Virus record (IMG/VR): IMGVR_UViG_3300019784_000519
Location: 1-31,007 of that record
DNA length: 31,007 nt
Reading direction: 5' to 3' (one strand)
Source: a virus
Lineage: Duplodnaviria > Caudoviricetes
Position numbers and translations under genes: made by a program. A model generated the notes under the pieces. That model ran no database searches, was not told the origin of the DNA, and saw nothing but the letters and a program-made list of their open reading frames with translations. This document shows, one piece after another, positions 16,545 through 25,524 of this stretch (position 1 is the first letter of the stretch; every line of letters begins with the position of its first letter).

Positions 16545-17791
16545 TGGCAGCCCCAGCTCTAAAGGTAGAACTAGGTCTTGACTTGGGTAGCAACGACCCT
16601 TTCGCTTTTCGACTTGACGACGCGGTAAAAGGTGTTCTAGATAACGTAGATTACACACTAGGCGGAACTAAGCTTTTTAATATTTCTTCTCGTCTTGTTT
16701 CGGTCGCCGTCCGTCGAGGAAAGTCCCAAGCTCTCGACCGCGTAGACGCTGGAGTGGCAACAATTACGGTGGATAACTTCGACCGACTCTTTGACCCGCT
16801 TTACGAAGCCGGACTTTATTACGGGCAGCTTATCCCCCGGCGCGAGGTGGTCATTACTTCTAACACTTACCCGGTTTTCAACGGATTCATAGACGACTTC
16901 GATATTCAGTATGAACCGGGAAAGAAGTCGGTAGTTTCAATCGCGGTTTCGGACGCCTTTTCCGTTCTAGCTAACTCAGCTTTAGATGAATTAGTTCCAC
17001 CTAGCGAACTAGCAGGAGCAAGAATCGAACGGGTTCTAGACCTTCCGGAAGTTGCTTGGCCTACTGCTAGAAGAGAGATAGACCCGGGCAATACCCTAAT
17101 GCTCGATTCCGTAGTTACTGAAGGCACGGGAACCCTTACTTATCTTCAGCTTGTAGAAACTAGCGAGTTTGGAACTCTTTTTATTTCACGCGAAGGCAAC
17201 GTAGTCTTTAGGGAAAGAAATTCCGTCCCCAACGTTATCGACGTAGTCTTTGCGAATACAACAGTAAACCCGCTTCTTACTGCCATTCCTTTTATCGACG
17301 TGAACATTGTCTACGGTTCTGAGAATCTTTACAATCGTATTCTTCTAGAGAATGACGAAGCTATTCCAGACACAGGATTCGCCGAAGACTTAGATAGTCA
17401 AGCTCTCTACGGTGTTCGTGTTTACGACAAGTCCGGGCTGCTAGTCCAAAATCCGGCAGACCTTCAATTCCTATCCGACTTCTTACTAGCGCGATTCTCC
17501 GAGCCACAATACCGATTCGAAACCGTCACCGTATCGCTAGACAACATTCCTACGGAGAAACAAGACCTAGTTCTAGACTTAGAAATCGGCGACATTGTTC
17601 AAGTCAAGTATTTACCTTCTGAAGTTCCCCCGGCTATCGAGCAGTATTGCCGGGTAATCGGTATAAACAATAGCTGGGACAATTCAAGCAAGAACATAAC
17701 CTTTAGCTTAGAGCGTCTAGACTTCGCAATCTTTATATTAGATGACGCCGTTTTGGGTGTCCTAGACGACGACCGCCTTGCTTACGAGTAA
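16544..17791 (+). CDS. Minor tail protein (tail tip/hub)
   Basis: Follows tape measure; beta-rich; repeated F.LDDAV.GVLD motif at both termini. Confidence 0.7.
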   Translation: MAAPALKVELGLDLGSNDPFAFRLDDAVKGVLDNVDYTLGGTKLFNISSRLVSVAVRRGKSQALDRVDAGVATITVDNFDRLFDPLYEAGLYYGQLIPRREVVITSNTYPVFNGFIDDFDIQYEPGKKSVVSIAVSDAFSVLANSALDELVPPSELAGARIERVLDLPEVAWPTARREIDPGNTLMLDSVVTEGTGTLTYLQLVETSEFGTLFISREGNVVFRERNSVPNVIDVVFANTTVNPLLTAIPFIDVNIVYGSENLYNRILLENDEAIPDTGFAEDLDSQALYGVRVYDKSGLLVQNPADLQFLSDFLLARFSEPQYRFETVTVSLDNIPTEKQDLVLDLEIGDIVQVKYLPSEVPPAIEQYCRVIGINNSWDNSSKNITFSLERLDFAIFILDDAVLGVLDDDRLAYE

Positions 17792-17817
17792 AATAGAAGA
17801 AAGACATAAGGAAAACA

Positions 17818-18207
17818 ATGCCTAGAAAAACCTTTACCGCTGGAGAAGTTCTTGCGGCAGCAGACGTCAATTTATACCTAAGCAACGAAGTCAATCTTGC
17901 TACTAGCACGGCGACCAGCTACACCGTTCTTCCGGGCGACCGCTACGAAACTCTAGTCTTCACCGCAGCTTCAGCCGTGACCGTGACTATCGGAACCGCT
18001 ACCGCATTCCAAGCCGGAGAAAGAATAGACATTCTTCAAGACGGAGCTGGAACCGTAACCATTACCCGAGACGGAACTGCCACTACTATAAATGGGCGCG
18101 GAACCGCTGGAACTGCTTACAAGATTGGTCAGCGTTATGACGCTGTATCCGTTGTCTGTGTTGCCGCTAACTCTTACCGCATAATCGGGAACGCAACAGC
18201 AATCTAA
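17818..18207 (+). CDS. Minor tail protein / fibre anchor
   Basis: KTFTAGEVLAAADVN.YL N-terminus and Q.GAG.VT motif; Thr/Ala-rich. Confidence 0.6.
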   Translation: MPRKTFTAGEVLAAADVNLYLSNEVNLATSTATSYTVLPGDRYETLVFTAASAVTVTIGTATAFQAGERIDILQDGAGTVTITRDGTATTINGRGTAGTAYKIGQRYDAVSVVCVAANSYRIIGNATAI

Positions 18208-18208
18208 A

Positions 18209-19117
18209 ATGGCACTCTTTCCGTTAGGTATTTTTAGTGCTGCTGGTGCTGATGCTGCATATGCAACTGGTGGAACCATAACTAAAGTGGGAGGTTTTTG
18301 GATTCACACCTTTACTGCTTCTGGAACATTCACACCAAAGAAAAGCCTGACTGTAGATTACCTAGTAGTTGCTGGTGGTGGTGGTGGAGGATTACAACAC
18401 GGTGGCGGTGGAGGTGCAGGTGGATTGCGCTCTACTGTTGGCACAACAGGTGGCGGTGGGTCACTAGAAACAGCACTATCTTTGGTTGCAACTAATTACA
18501 CAGTAACAATCGGTGCAGGAGGAACTGGGTCTCCGCTAGTTGCAACAAACGGGACTGGTGCAGTTGGAGGCAGCGGAACTGACTCAACCTTTAGCACAAT
18601 TACTTCCGCAGGTGGCGGTGGTGGTGGAACTTTCAGCGAACACGTGGGAGTTTCTGGTGGTTCAGGTGGTGGAGGAAAATCTAACACCTCTACAGCAGGA
18701 GGGTCTGGAACGGCTAATCAAGGTTTTGCCGGTGGCACTGGGGCACAAAATCCTGGGTCAGTAGTTTACGCTGGTGGAGGTGGTGGTGGTTCTGGAAATA
18801 CTGGAGTTGCTGCAGATACCGGAGCTTCTTCTGCCGGTAATGGAGGTTCTGGAGTTTCTGTAAACATCTCTGGAACAAGCCAAAGCTATGCTGGTGGTGG
18901 AGGTGGAGGCATCTATCGAACTACAAGTGGCGCAACATCTGGAACTGGACAAGCAGGCGGAGGTAATGGAGGAGTTGCTTTTGGCGCAGACCTTGTATCT
19001 GTAAGCCCTACAAACGCAACTGCAAACAGCGGTTCTGGTGGTGGAGCCCAAGGCACATTTACTGCAGCAGCTGCTAATGGTGGCTCTGGAATTGTAATAG
19101 TTAGGTATGCAGCATAA
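18209..19117 (+). CDS. Glycine-rich tail-associated protein (candidate receptor binding)
   Basis: HTFTASGTF...YLVVAGGGGGG...GGSGIVIVRY glycine-rich domain architecture. Confidence 0.75.
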   Translation: MALFPLGIFSAAGADAAYATGGTITKVGGFWIHTFTASGTFTPKKSLTVDYLVVAGGGGGGLQHGGGGGAGGLRSTVGTTGGGGSLETALSLVATNYTVTIGAGGTGSPLVATNGTGAVGGSGTDSTFSTITSAGGGGGGTFSEHVGVSGGSGGGGKSNTSTAGGSGTANQGFAGGTGAQNPGSVVYAGGGGGGSGNTGVAADTGASSAGNGGSGVSVNISGTSQSYAGGGGGGIYRTTSGATSGTGQAGGGNGGVAFGADLVSVSPTNATANSGSGGGAQGTFTAAAANGGSGIVIVRYAA

Positions 19118-19464
19118 TGGCACATTTCGCAGAAATAGACGAAAACAATATTGTCATTAGGGTTTTGGTAACCAATAATGACGAGCCCAATGAAGGCTAC
19201 GATTGGCTAGTTAAAAATCTAGGTGGCACTTGGATTCAAACAAGTTACAATCGCAAAATAAGAAAAAACTTTGCTGGTATTGGTTTTAACTACAATCAAG
19301 AACTCGATGCGTTTATACCCCCATCTCCTTTTGATTCTTGGACACTAAACGAGCAAACTTGTCAATGGCAATCACCAACAACTTACCCGACTGACGGCTT
19401 TACTTACCTCTGGAATGAATCAGAACTAGCTTGGGAGCTTGCAGACTTTGCGGAGTCTAACTAA
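19117..19464 (+). CDS. Conserved tail-module hypothetical (partner of the glycine-rich protein)
   Basis: MAHFAEIDENNIV.RV, WIQTSYN..IRKNFAGIG..Y...DAFIPP, aromatic-rich C-terminus. Confidence 0.7.
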   Translation: MAHFAEIDENNIVIRVLVTNNDEPNEGYDWLVKNLGGTWIQTSYNRKIRKNFAGIGFNYNQELDAFIPPSPFDSWTLNEQTCQWQSPTTYPTDGFTYLWNESELAWELADFAESN

Positions 19465-19709
19465 TGGCTGAGGAAACAACTGGGGTACGCATAACCCAGA
19501 ACGCTATATATCAGAAGCAACTTGAACACGGCGAAATCCTTGTTCGCCTGCTAGAGAAACTTGACCACCTAGACGACGTTCCGGAGCGAATGCGGGAAGT
19601 AGAACTAACCCTTGCCCGCTTAGCGTGGATTGAAAAGATAGCTTATACAGGTCTAGCCGCAGGAGTTACGGGTTTAGTTTCCGCCTTCTTTTCTCTACTG
19701 GTAAAATAG
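19464..19709 (+). CDS. Coiled-coil protein with C-terminal transmembrane helix (lysis region)
   Basis: C-terminal IAYTGLAAGVTGLVSAFFSLLV hydrophobic segment; upstream of endolysin. Confidence 0.6.
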   Translation: MAEETTGVRITQNAIYQKQLEHGEILVRLLEKLDHLDDVPERMREVELTLARLAWIEKIAYTGLAAGVTGLVSAFFSLLVK

Positions 19710-19713
19710 AACT

Positions 19714-20205
19714 ATGCGCTATCCATTCGACAAACCAATTCCAAAAATCTCTTCGCCTTATGGTTGGAGATTCCACCCAATCGAGAAAATTCGAAAGCAC
19801 CATAACGGCGTAGATTATGCCGTCGAAATTGGTCGCCCGGTTCGTGCTATTGCCGCTGGAAAAGTAATCTATGCCGGGCCTTCAACTATCAAGTTCCCAA
19901 GCGGTGAACCTGCCGGGGCTGGATACATTGTTCGACTAAGCCACAGAATAAACGGCGAATGGATTACGTCTTCTTACTATCATTTGAAAAAGGGTTCTAT
20001 CCAAGCCGCAGAAATAAAAGTTGGGGACGTAATTCTCGAAGGTGAGAAACTAGGAGAGTCTGGGAACACGGGAGAATCTACCGGGCCACACCTTCACTTC
20101 GAGATTCAGCGCGGCAAGCGATATGTCTACACGAACAACGGAACGCGCTTTACCGAACCGACTAGCTATATCAAAACCCAAATACCGTTAGACAAACTAA
20201 AGTGA
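19714..20205 (+). CDS. M23 peptidase endolysin
   Basis: HNGVD (HxxxD), YYHL, SGNTGESTGPHLHFE (HxH) motifs. Confidence 0.92.
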   Translation: MRYPFDKPIPKISSPYGWRFHPIEKIRKHHNGVDYAVEIGRPVRAIAAGKVIYAGPSTIKFPSGEPAGAGYIVRLSHRINGEWITSSYYHLKKGSIQAAEIKVGDVILEGEKLGESGNTGESTGPHLHFEIQRGKRYVYTNNGTRFTEPTSYIKTQIPLDKLK

Positions 20206-20474
20206 AGCTGTTCGACGCTCTAATGCTATTGCGGGAGCAAGAAGGTGAAGACACTTCTGGCCCGTCTTGGAAGTATCGCCGGAAACTAATCTACGGCGGT
20301 TATCGCTTGGGCTTCGTTATGATTCTTTTTGGAATGGGAACTTTCTTCTTTGACAAGGAAGTATCCGTCCAGCTAGTAGTTGGCGGGGTAGCTCTTATCT
20401 CAATTATTCTCACCGCGTACACGGCGTCTGCTACCTTTGAAGACGTAAACCTCTACAAGAAAGAAGAAGAATAA
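20202..20474 (+). CDS. Two-TM membrane protein, holin-like
   Basis: Two hydrophobic segments, charged C-terminus, follows endolysin. Confidence 0.6.
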   Translation: MKLFDALMLLREQEGEDTSGPSWKYRRKLIYGGYRLGFVMILFGMGTFFFDKEVSVQLVVGGVALISIILTAYTASATFEDVNLYKKEEE

Positions 20475-20659
20475 TGTTCAACCTACAACCAGCCACTCGT
20501 AAATGGATATACGGAATTATTGCCGCAACCGTTCCACTACTGATTAGCTTGGGAACAATTAGCAACGAAATAGGCGCAGGGATTCTAAACGTCGCCGCAG
20601 CTTTGCTAACAATGGGTAGCTCTGCTCTTGCTATCTCTTACGTCCCCAACGCTGAATAA
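20474..20659 (+). CDS. Small holin-like protein
   Basis: RKWIYGIIAATVPLLISLG...; two hydrophobic helices as in actinophage holins. Confidence 0.65.
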   Translation: MFNLQPATRKWIYGIIAATVPLLISLGTISNEIGAGILNVAAALLTMGSSALAISYVPNAE

Positions 20660-20919
20660 CGCTCCGCTTCGGTAGTGCCTCCCCAAATCCCCGCAACCCG
20701 GGTGGACTTGGCATAGTCCCGGCATTGTACCCTAACCGGGCAATTCTGGCAGATACCTTTCGCTATACTTTCGACTAGCCTTTGGGACTCCCGGTTAGCC
20801 TCCTGCGCGAAGAAGACGTCGGGCAGCTCTTCGCACTCCACGGAACCGACCTCCCGAATCGCTTCGTGAAGTTCTAGGTAATTGCGCTCTATTCCTAATA
20901 ATTGTCGTAGGGTAGTCAT
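20638..20919 (-). CDS. whiB: WhiB-family Fe-S transcription factor
   Basis: C...PDVFF...AKGICQNCPVRVQC...GIWGGTTEAER; the only convincing minus-strand gene. Confidence 0.92.
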   Translation of the reverse strand: MTTLRQLLGIERNYLELHEAIREVGSVECEELPDVFFAQEANRESQRLVESIAKGICQNCPVRVQCRDYAKSTRVAGIWGGTTEAERYSALGT

Positions 20920-20968
20920 AGTCTGACCCTATAGGAAAGTTAGACCGAAAATAGCAGGAAAGGGAAAA

Positions 20969-21853
20969 ATGATTAGCAATCTAGAACTAAAAGAATTAGG
21001 AGACGCAGTATTCTTAGGCAACTTTGAATCGGGTTCCCCTGAGTGGCACGCACTTAGAAACGAAGACGCAGCCGTGGGCGGTTCCGATATTGGAGCAATC
21101 GCCGGGCTGAGTCCGTGGGAATCTCAGATAACTAAGTGGGCGAAGAGAACAAATCAAATCTCGGACGACGTAGAACCAAATATGTCTATGCGTCTTGGCA
21201 ACAAGTTAGAAGCTCCAATCCTAGAAATCTTCGCAGAAGAACACCCGGACTACGAAATCTTCACGACCGGAACTTGGGCGCATAAGGAATTCAGCTGGCA
21301 ACGCGCTAACCCGGACGCGCTCTATCGTAAGCCGGACGGAACTTGGGGCATTATCGAAGTCAAGTTCTCACGCGATTACTGGAGCGAAGTTCCGCAGCAT
21401 TACCGGGCGCAGGTGCTTTGGTATATGAACGTCTTCGGAATCCAAGAAGCGGTGCTTGTTGCTCTAGCAGGTTCCAGCTATCAAGAATTCGAAGTCGAGT
21501 GGGATTCATTCGAAGCGACTTCTCTAATCGCTGCCGCTTACCGCTTTAGGGAATCAGTCCTAAACCTAAAAATGCCGGACTGGGACGGAAGCAATTCGAC
21601 CTTCGAAACTATTCGCGCTATGAATCCTAAAATCGAAGACGGGGAAGAACACCTAGACGAACTAGGCGTCCACTACTTCATAGCTCTAAGTCAATTCGAA
21701 GAATCAGAAAAGAAACTTACCGAACTAAAGAGTCGAGTCCTATCGGCTATGGGCGGAAAGAAAAAGGGAATCGTCTACGGCGAACACGCGATTAGCTTGC
21801 GCGCTCGGGGAATGGGAAACCCTTACTTACACAACGAGAAAGGAAAAAAGTAA
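20969..21853 (+). CDS. YqaJ-like recombination exonuclease
   Basis: EW..LR...VGGSDIGAI.GLSPW, ANPDAL, IIEVK, Y.AQV.WY motifs. Confidence 0.9.
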   Translation: MISNLELKELGDAVFLGNFESGSPEWHALRNEDAAVGGSDIGAIAGLSPWESQITKWAKRTNQISDDVEPNMSMRLGNKLEAPILEIFAEEHPDYEIFTTGTWAHKEFSWQRANPDALYRKPDGTWGIIEVKFSRDYWSEVPQHYRAQVLWYMNVFGIQEAVLVALAGSSYQEFEVEWDSFEATSLIAAAYRFRESVLNLKMPDWDGSNSTFETIRAMNPKIEDGEEHLDELGVHYFIALSQFEESEKKLTELKSRVLSAMGGKKKGIVYGEHAISLRARGMGNPYLHNEKGKK

Positions 21854-22366
21854 ATGGCACAATTTAATCTAGACGAGTACGAAACAGTCGAGGAAAGACA
21901 CGCAAGAGCAATAGCGGAGTATCCAGATATTAGGTGCGTAATTGTAAATCACACAACACCGCAGGATAGAGCGGTTGGAACTTGGGTTGTTGAAGCTAGG
22001 GTTTACCTAAGCGCTGAAGACCAAGAACTCGAACTGCCCAAAGCTACCGAATGGGCGTTTGAAGTGGACGGCGTTGGAATGGCTAACAAAACTTCAGCTC
22101 TCGAAAATGCGTGTACTTCAGCTCTTGGAAGAAGTCTTCGCTGGGCTTTAGGCGGTTCCAAAGGCCCGTCAAAACAAGAAATGGAAAAGGTGGCCCGCGG
22201 GCAGACCCCGAAAATTCCTAGTCGAGATTGGTTAGTTGAAGCTGGAGAACTAGCAAAGGCAAAAGACATAGATAAGTTGCGGTTGCTCTACTCCGAAGCA
22301 AAGACTGCTAAGGCTTCAGCGGAGATTCTAGATTGGATAAAGATGACCGCGGAAGAAATGAACTAA
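21854..22366 (+). CDS. Putative single-strand annealing protein (Rad52/ERF-like)
   Basis: YETVEER...KTSALENACTSALGRSL motif; directly after exonuclease. Confidence 0.6.
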   Translation: MAQFNLDEYETVEERHARAIAEYPDIRCVIVNHTTPQDRAVGTWVVEARVYLSAEDQELELPKATEWAFEVDGVGMANKTSALENACTSALGRSLRWALGGSKGPSKQEMEKVARGQTPKIPSRDWLVEAGELAKAKDIDKLRLLYSEAKTAKASAEILDWIKMTAEEMN

Positions 22367-22695
22367 TGGAAACCCCCGGTCAAATCGTCGAGGAGCTACA
22401 ACGCATAAGTAAGGAAATGGAAAAGGGTGCTCTAGCGTTGTATGACGCCGAAGTAAAACTAGCGGACGCAGAAGCAACTTATGACAAGTCCGTTTCTCTA
22501 TCTTTCTTGAATAGTCAAGGCACGGTAGCAGACCGTCAAGCGGTGGCGAAGCTTCAAGCCGTAGACGAAAAGCTAAAGGCAGACCTAGCCCGGGCGGAGT
22601 TCAACCGGGTAAAAATGAAGATGAAGGTTCTATCCGATACGGCCACAATGACCGCGGTTATTAGCCGGAACGTAGAACTTCAATGGCGAAGCTAG
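22366..22695 (+). CDS. Coiled-coil hypothetical protein
   Basis: ATG 22366 overlaps previous stop (TAATG); helical heptads. Confidence 0.7.
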   Translation: METPGQIVEELQRISKEMEKGALALYDAEVKLADAEATYDKSVSLSFLNSQGTVADRQAVAKLQAVDEKLKADLARAEFNRVKMKMKVLSDTATMTAVISRNVELQWRS

Positions 22696-22721
22696 ACTAA
22701 TGGGCGGAGGATTGGCGGGGT

Positions 22722-22955
22722 ATGAAGATTCGGGAAAAGTGTTCCTGCGGCGCAACGTTTCAAGCGTCCGGGGAAGAGGCTACGCAACTTTACAAGAATT
22801 GGATTCGTCGCCACTCCTGCCCGGTTCCGACTTCAGAAGAGATTCTAAACTTCCGAGATACGGACAGCTCTTCAACTATTGGATTCTCCGCAGACTATTC
22901 CGGGACGGGCTTAGACCTTCCCGCGAAGAAATTTGACCCGTGGGAAGATGAATAA
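22722..22955 (+). CDS. Hypothetical protein with CSCG...H.C motif
   Basis: GGAGG upstream; overlaps next gene start. Confidence 0.65.
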   Translation: MKIREKCSCGATFQASGEEATQLYKNWIRRHSCPVPTSEEILNFRDTDSSSTIGFSADYSGTGLDLPAKKFDPWEDE

Positions 22956-23277
22956 AAAAGAGTTTCAAAAATACTTAGACCGGGACGTTGCTTGCCCCTG
23001 TTGCGGAACTACTGGCCCGGAACTAATTCCACAACATCGGGCTAACCGCGGAATGGGCGGAAGTAAAGAGCGCAATCGCCCGTCGAACATAATTGTTTTC
23101 TGCTCATTCTCTAATGGACAAATGGAAGCGTCTTACGGATTCGCTGCGCTCGCAAGAATGCGCGGTTGGAAACTCTACTCGCATCAAGACCCGGCAGAAA
23201 CTCCCGTGCGTCTATGGGACGGCTGGCACTTGCTCGACGATAACTTTGGAAAGGCTCCAACGAAACAACCGGACTGA
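22948..23277 (+). CDS. HNH-like nuclease, possibly degenerate
   Basis: RD..CPCCG...QHRANRGMGGS...N.IVFCSFSN (second CxxC reads CxxS). Confidence 0.65.
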   Translation: MNKKEFQKYLDRDVACPCCGTTGPELIPQHRANRGMGGSKERNRPSNIIVFCSFSNGQMEASYGFAALARMRGWKLYSHQDPAETPVRLWDGWHLLDDNFGKAPTKQPD

Positions 23278-23288
23278 AAGGAAAGGAA

Positions 23289-23708
23289 ATGGCTGGATAC
23301 GAACCACGCTTCGACGTGGACTTTACACGGGGACGAATAGGGGAAGAGCTTGTCGAAACTTTCTTAGCTGACCTAATCGGCAAGAAGATAGAAGTCAAAA
23401 CTGATTATCGAGTAAACGAAACGGGAAACGTCTACGTTGAAACGTGGCAGTATTCGGAACCCGACGCTTCAGACAAAAAGCAATCGGGGATAAACGTAAG
23501 CGAAGCGGAATACTATTGCTTTGGCTCCCCGCTCGGGGAAGGATTCGTAATGATAAAAACCAGCGTCCTGAAGCAATTCATAAGCAACACGAACCCCCGG
23601 GAAGCAAGGCAACCAATCGCTTCGAAGGCCACTAAGGCTTCAATCGGGCGACTGATACCGCTCGCTGATTTATTGGCTAGTATCGGACTAGCTAGAAAGG
23701 AAAGCTAA
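23289..23708 (+). CDS. PD-(D/E)XK nuclease-like protein
   Basis: GEELV...IEVKTD...TGNVYVE...SGI..SEAEYY pattern; GAAAGG RBS. Confidence 0.6.
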   Translation: MAGYEPRFDVDFTRGRIGEELVETFLADLIGKKIEVKTDYRVNETGNVYVETWQYSEPDASDKKQSGINVSEAEYYCFGSPLGEGFVMIKTSVLKQFISNTNPREARQPIASKATKASIGRLIPLADLLASIGLARKES

Positions 23709-24367
23709 TGCCGCTAATCCGGGGACATCACTCATTCGACGACCACTTCACCCAGATACCGAACGACTGGTTGCGAGATAAAAGAATCTCACTTGGGGCT
23801 AAGGGATTACTAGCGCAGCTTCTTTCACACGCTCCCGGCTGGAGCATAAGCCAAGAAAGTCTAGGTCGAGATAACGGAGTCGGACGCGACGCAATCCGGA
23901 CGCTAATAAATGAACTGCTCGAAGCGGGTTATCTAATGCGCTCTGAAGAAAGAGAGCGCGGAGAAAAGGGTTATCTCGGTGGCTACACCTACACGACGCA
24001 AGACCCTACGCAGGATAATCCTACGCAGGACAATCCGCTACTTAAGAAGAACATTATTAAGAAGAACATCTTAAAGAATAACGAGAGAATATATAGCGAT
24101 TCAGAATTTGATTCTTTCTGGGAAAGCTACCCGAAGAAGGTAGACAAGGGAGCAGCTCTCCGGGCATTTAGGCGGGCAATCAAGAACCAAGACCCAGCGG
24201 TAGTAATCGCCGGAGCAAAGGCTTACGCTGAAGACCCGAATCTGCCCGAGAAGCAATTCATAAAGAACCCGGCGACTTGGCTAAACGCTGAAGCTTGGTC
24301 GAACGGGCCACTACCGAAACGCAAGGCGACCGACTCGAAGGCTCTGGAAGAATGGGCTAATGACTAA
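23708..24367 (+). CDS. Replication initiator (N-terminal HTH, DnaD-like C-terminal domain)
   Basis: FTQIPN.WLRD..ISL.AKGLL..LLS, EL..AGY, FDSFWESYPKKVDK, PATWLN.E.W motifs. Confidence 0.8.
   Translation: MPLIRGHHSFDDHFTQIPNDWLRDKRISLGAKGLLAQLLSHAPGWSISQESLGRDNGVGRDAIRTLINELLEAGYLMRSEERERGEKGYLGGYTYTTQDPTQDNPTQDNPLLKKNIIKKNILKNNERIYSDSEFDSFWESYPKKVDKGAALRAFRRAIKNQDPAVVIAGAKAYAEDPNLPEKQFIKNPATWLNAEAWSNGPLPKRKATDSKALEEWAND
24005..24080 (+). repeat. Iteron-like repeats plus AT-rich repeats; putative replication origin
   Basis: CCTACGCAGGAYAATCC twice at 15-bp period (24005, 24020), then TTAAGAAGAACAT twice (24042, 24057), inside the initiator gene. Confidence 0.65.
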
Positions 24368-24719
24368 GAACGAACTAAAAGACCTAATGGAATACCTAAG
24401 CGCAATCGACAACCGACAACTAACAGCGGAGAAGCTTCAGGTCTGGTTTGACCTAATCGGCTACCTAGACTTCGCAGCCGCTAAGACCGCCGTAATCGAA
24501 GCTCAGCGCGACGAATCTATTAGCTACGTAGAAGCGAAGCACGTAATCGCACACGCTCTCCGAATCAAAGAAAAGAGAAGGGCGGAAGCAACCCGGGCAA
24601 CTTCCTACACGGAAGAAAGAAAGGGAACTCCGCAACCGAAATGCGCTCACGGTATCGGCTTACTTAGTTGCGACCCGTGTTGTCGCAACGCAGCGATTCA
24701 AGCAGGGCTGATACTCTAA
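24360..24719 (+). CDS. Putative helicase loader/inhibitor with C-terminal Zn motif
   Basis: MT..E...L..LSAIDNR.......W...I..LDF..A..AV pattern after the initiator; CAHG...CDPC tail. Confidence 0.6.
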   Translation: MTKNELKDLMEYLSAIDNRQLTAEKLQVWFDLIGYLDFAAAKTAVIEAQRDESISYVEAKHVIAHALRIKEKRRAEATRATSYTEERKGTPQPKCAHGIGLLSCDPCCRNAAIQAGLIL

Positions 24720-24723
24720 TGCG

Positions 24724-24993
24724 GTGGAAGAGAACGAAGCGATATGTAACCGTTGCGGGCATATTTGGCGCGTCAAAATCGACGAACCTAAGACGGGCGT
24801 CCGTTGCGCGGATTGTCGAATGGGCCAGTCGCTTATTGTCAAATACGGAAATACTAAGTGCCTACCGTGGCAAGGCGACTTCGACCCCGAAACTCTTTCA
24901 AGGCCAATTTATGAAGGGCTACCAGTTCTGCCCGGGATTCGGAACTGCGGTCATCTCGACTGTTGTAATCCGGAGCATATAAAAAAGTCCTAA
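24724..24993 (+). CDS. Zn-binding protein, paralog A
   Basis: CNRCG, CADCR, CLPWQG, CGHLDCCNPEHI; GTG start 6 nt after TGaTACTCT. Confidence 0.75.
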   Translation: MEENEAICNRCGHIWRVKIDEPKTGVRCADCRMGQSLIVKYGNTKCLPWQGDFDPETLSRPIYEGLPVLPGIRNCGHLDCCNPEHIKKS

Positions 24994-25033
24994 CTAACTG
25001 TTAGGGTAGAAAAAAAAGAAAGGTGGAAACACT

Positions 25034-25360
25034 ATGGCAACAGTAGAAGTAAAAGGCGAAATCGTTGGTCTAGTCTTCAACAACAAGGGAGTCCAGATTC
25101 TCGAAACCTTCAAATCTAAAGACGGCGAAAAGCGCGACGCAAGATACACCGCTTGGCTCGATACTCCAACCACCTCACTTCAGGTTGGGCAGAAAGTTTC
25201 CGCTCGCGGTTTGCTCTCGGCAGCTATCGGAAACTATACGAACAAAGAAGGCGAAGAAAAGACCGTGGTTAACCTCTCGATAAACTTCGCAACGATAAAG
25301 TTAGACGGCTCAGAAGCTCCAGCTATGACTCCTACCCACGAAGAAGCTTTGCCGTTCTAA
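25034..25360 (+). CDS. ssb: Single-stranded DNA-binding protein
   Basis: OB-fold-like sequence with acidic C-terminal EEALPF; GAAAGG RBS. Confidence 0.75.
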   Translation: MATVEVKGEIVGLVFNNKGVQILETFKSKDGEKRDARYTAWLDTPTTSLQVGQKVSARGLLSAAIGNYTNKEGEEKTVVNLSINFATIKLDGSEAPAMTPTHEEALPF

Positions 25361-25524
25361 TGTTTCTCCGTTGGCTAGTCCCGTCCGCGTCCGGAATCTT
25401 ATTCGTGGAGTTCGCTTCCGAATCTTCCGGCTTCCTACACGTGGTCGGGCTAGTCTTCGGTTGCTTCTACCTTTGGGCAGGAATCTCAGAAGCTTGGAAC
25501 CAGTATGTTCGAACTAACTATTGA
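25360..25524 (+). CDS. Small membrane protein (54 aa)
   Basis: Own translation MFLRWLVPSASGILFVEF...VVGLVFGCFYLWAGISEAWNQYVRTNY; TAATG coupling. Confidence 0.6.
   Translation: MFLRWLVPSASGILFVEFASESSGFLHVVGLVFGCFYLWAGISEAWNQYVRTNY

Noticed and set aside
18360-19100. GGT/GGA repeats as an array or diversity-generating retroelement
   Set aside because: They are glycine codons; no reverse transcriptase or template/variable repeat pair was seen
291-19125. Many minus-strand track ORFs in the structural region
   Set aside because: Antisense shadows of well-supported plus-strand genes with no motifs or RBS
22700-24982. Out-of-frame plus-strand ORFs 22700..22936, 23093..23371, 23444..23635, 24668..24982
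   Set aside because: Each overlaps a better-supported gene and lacks recognisable motifs
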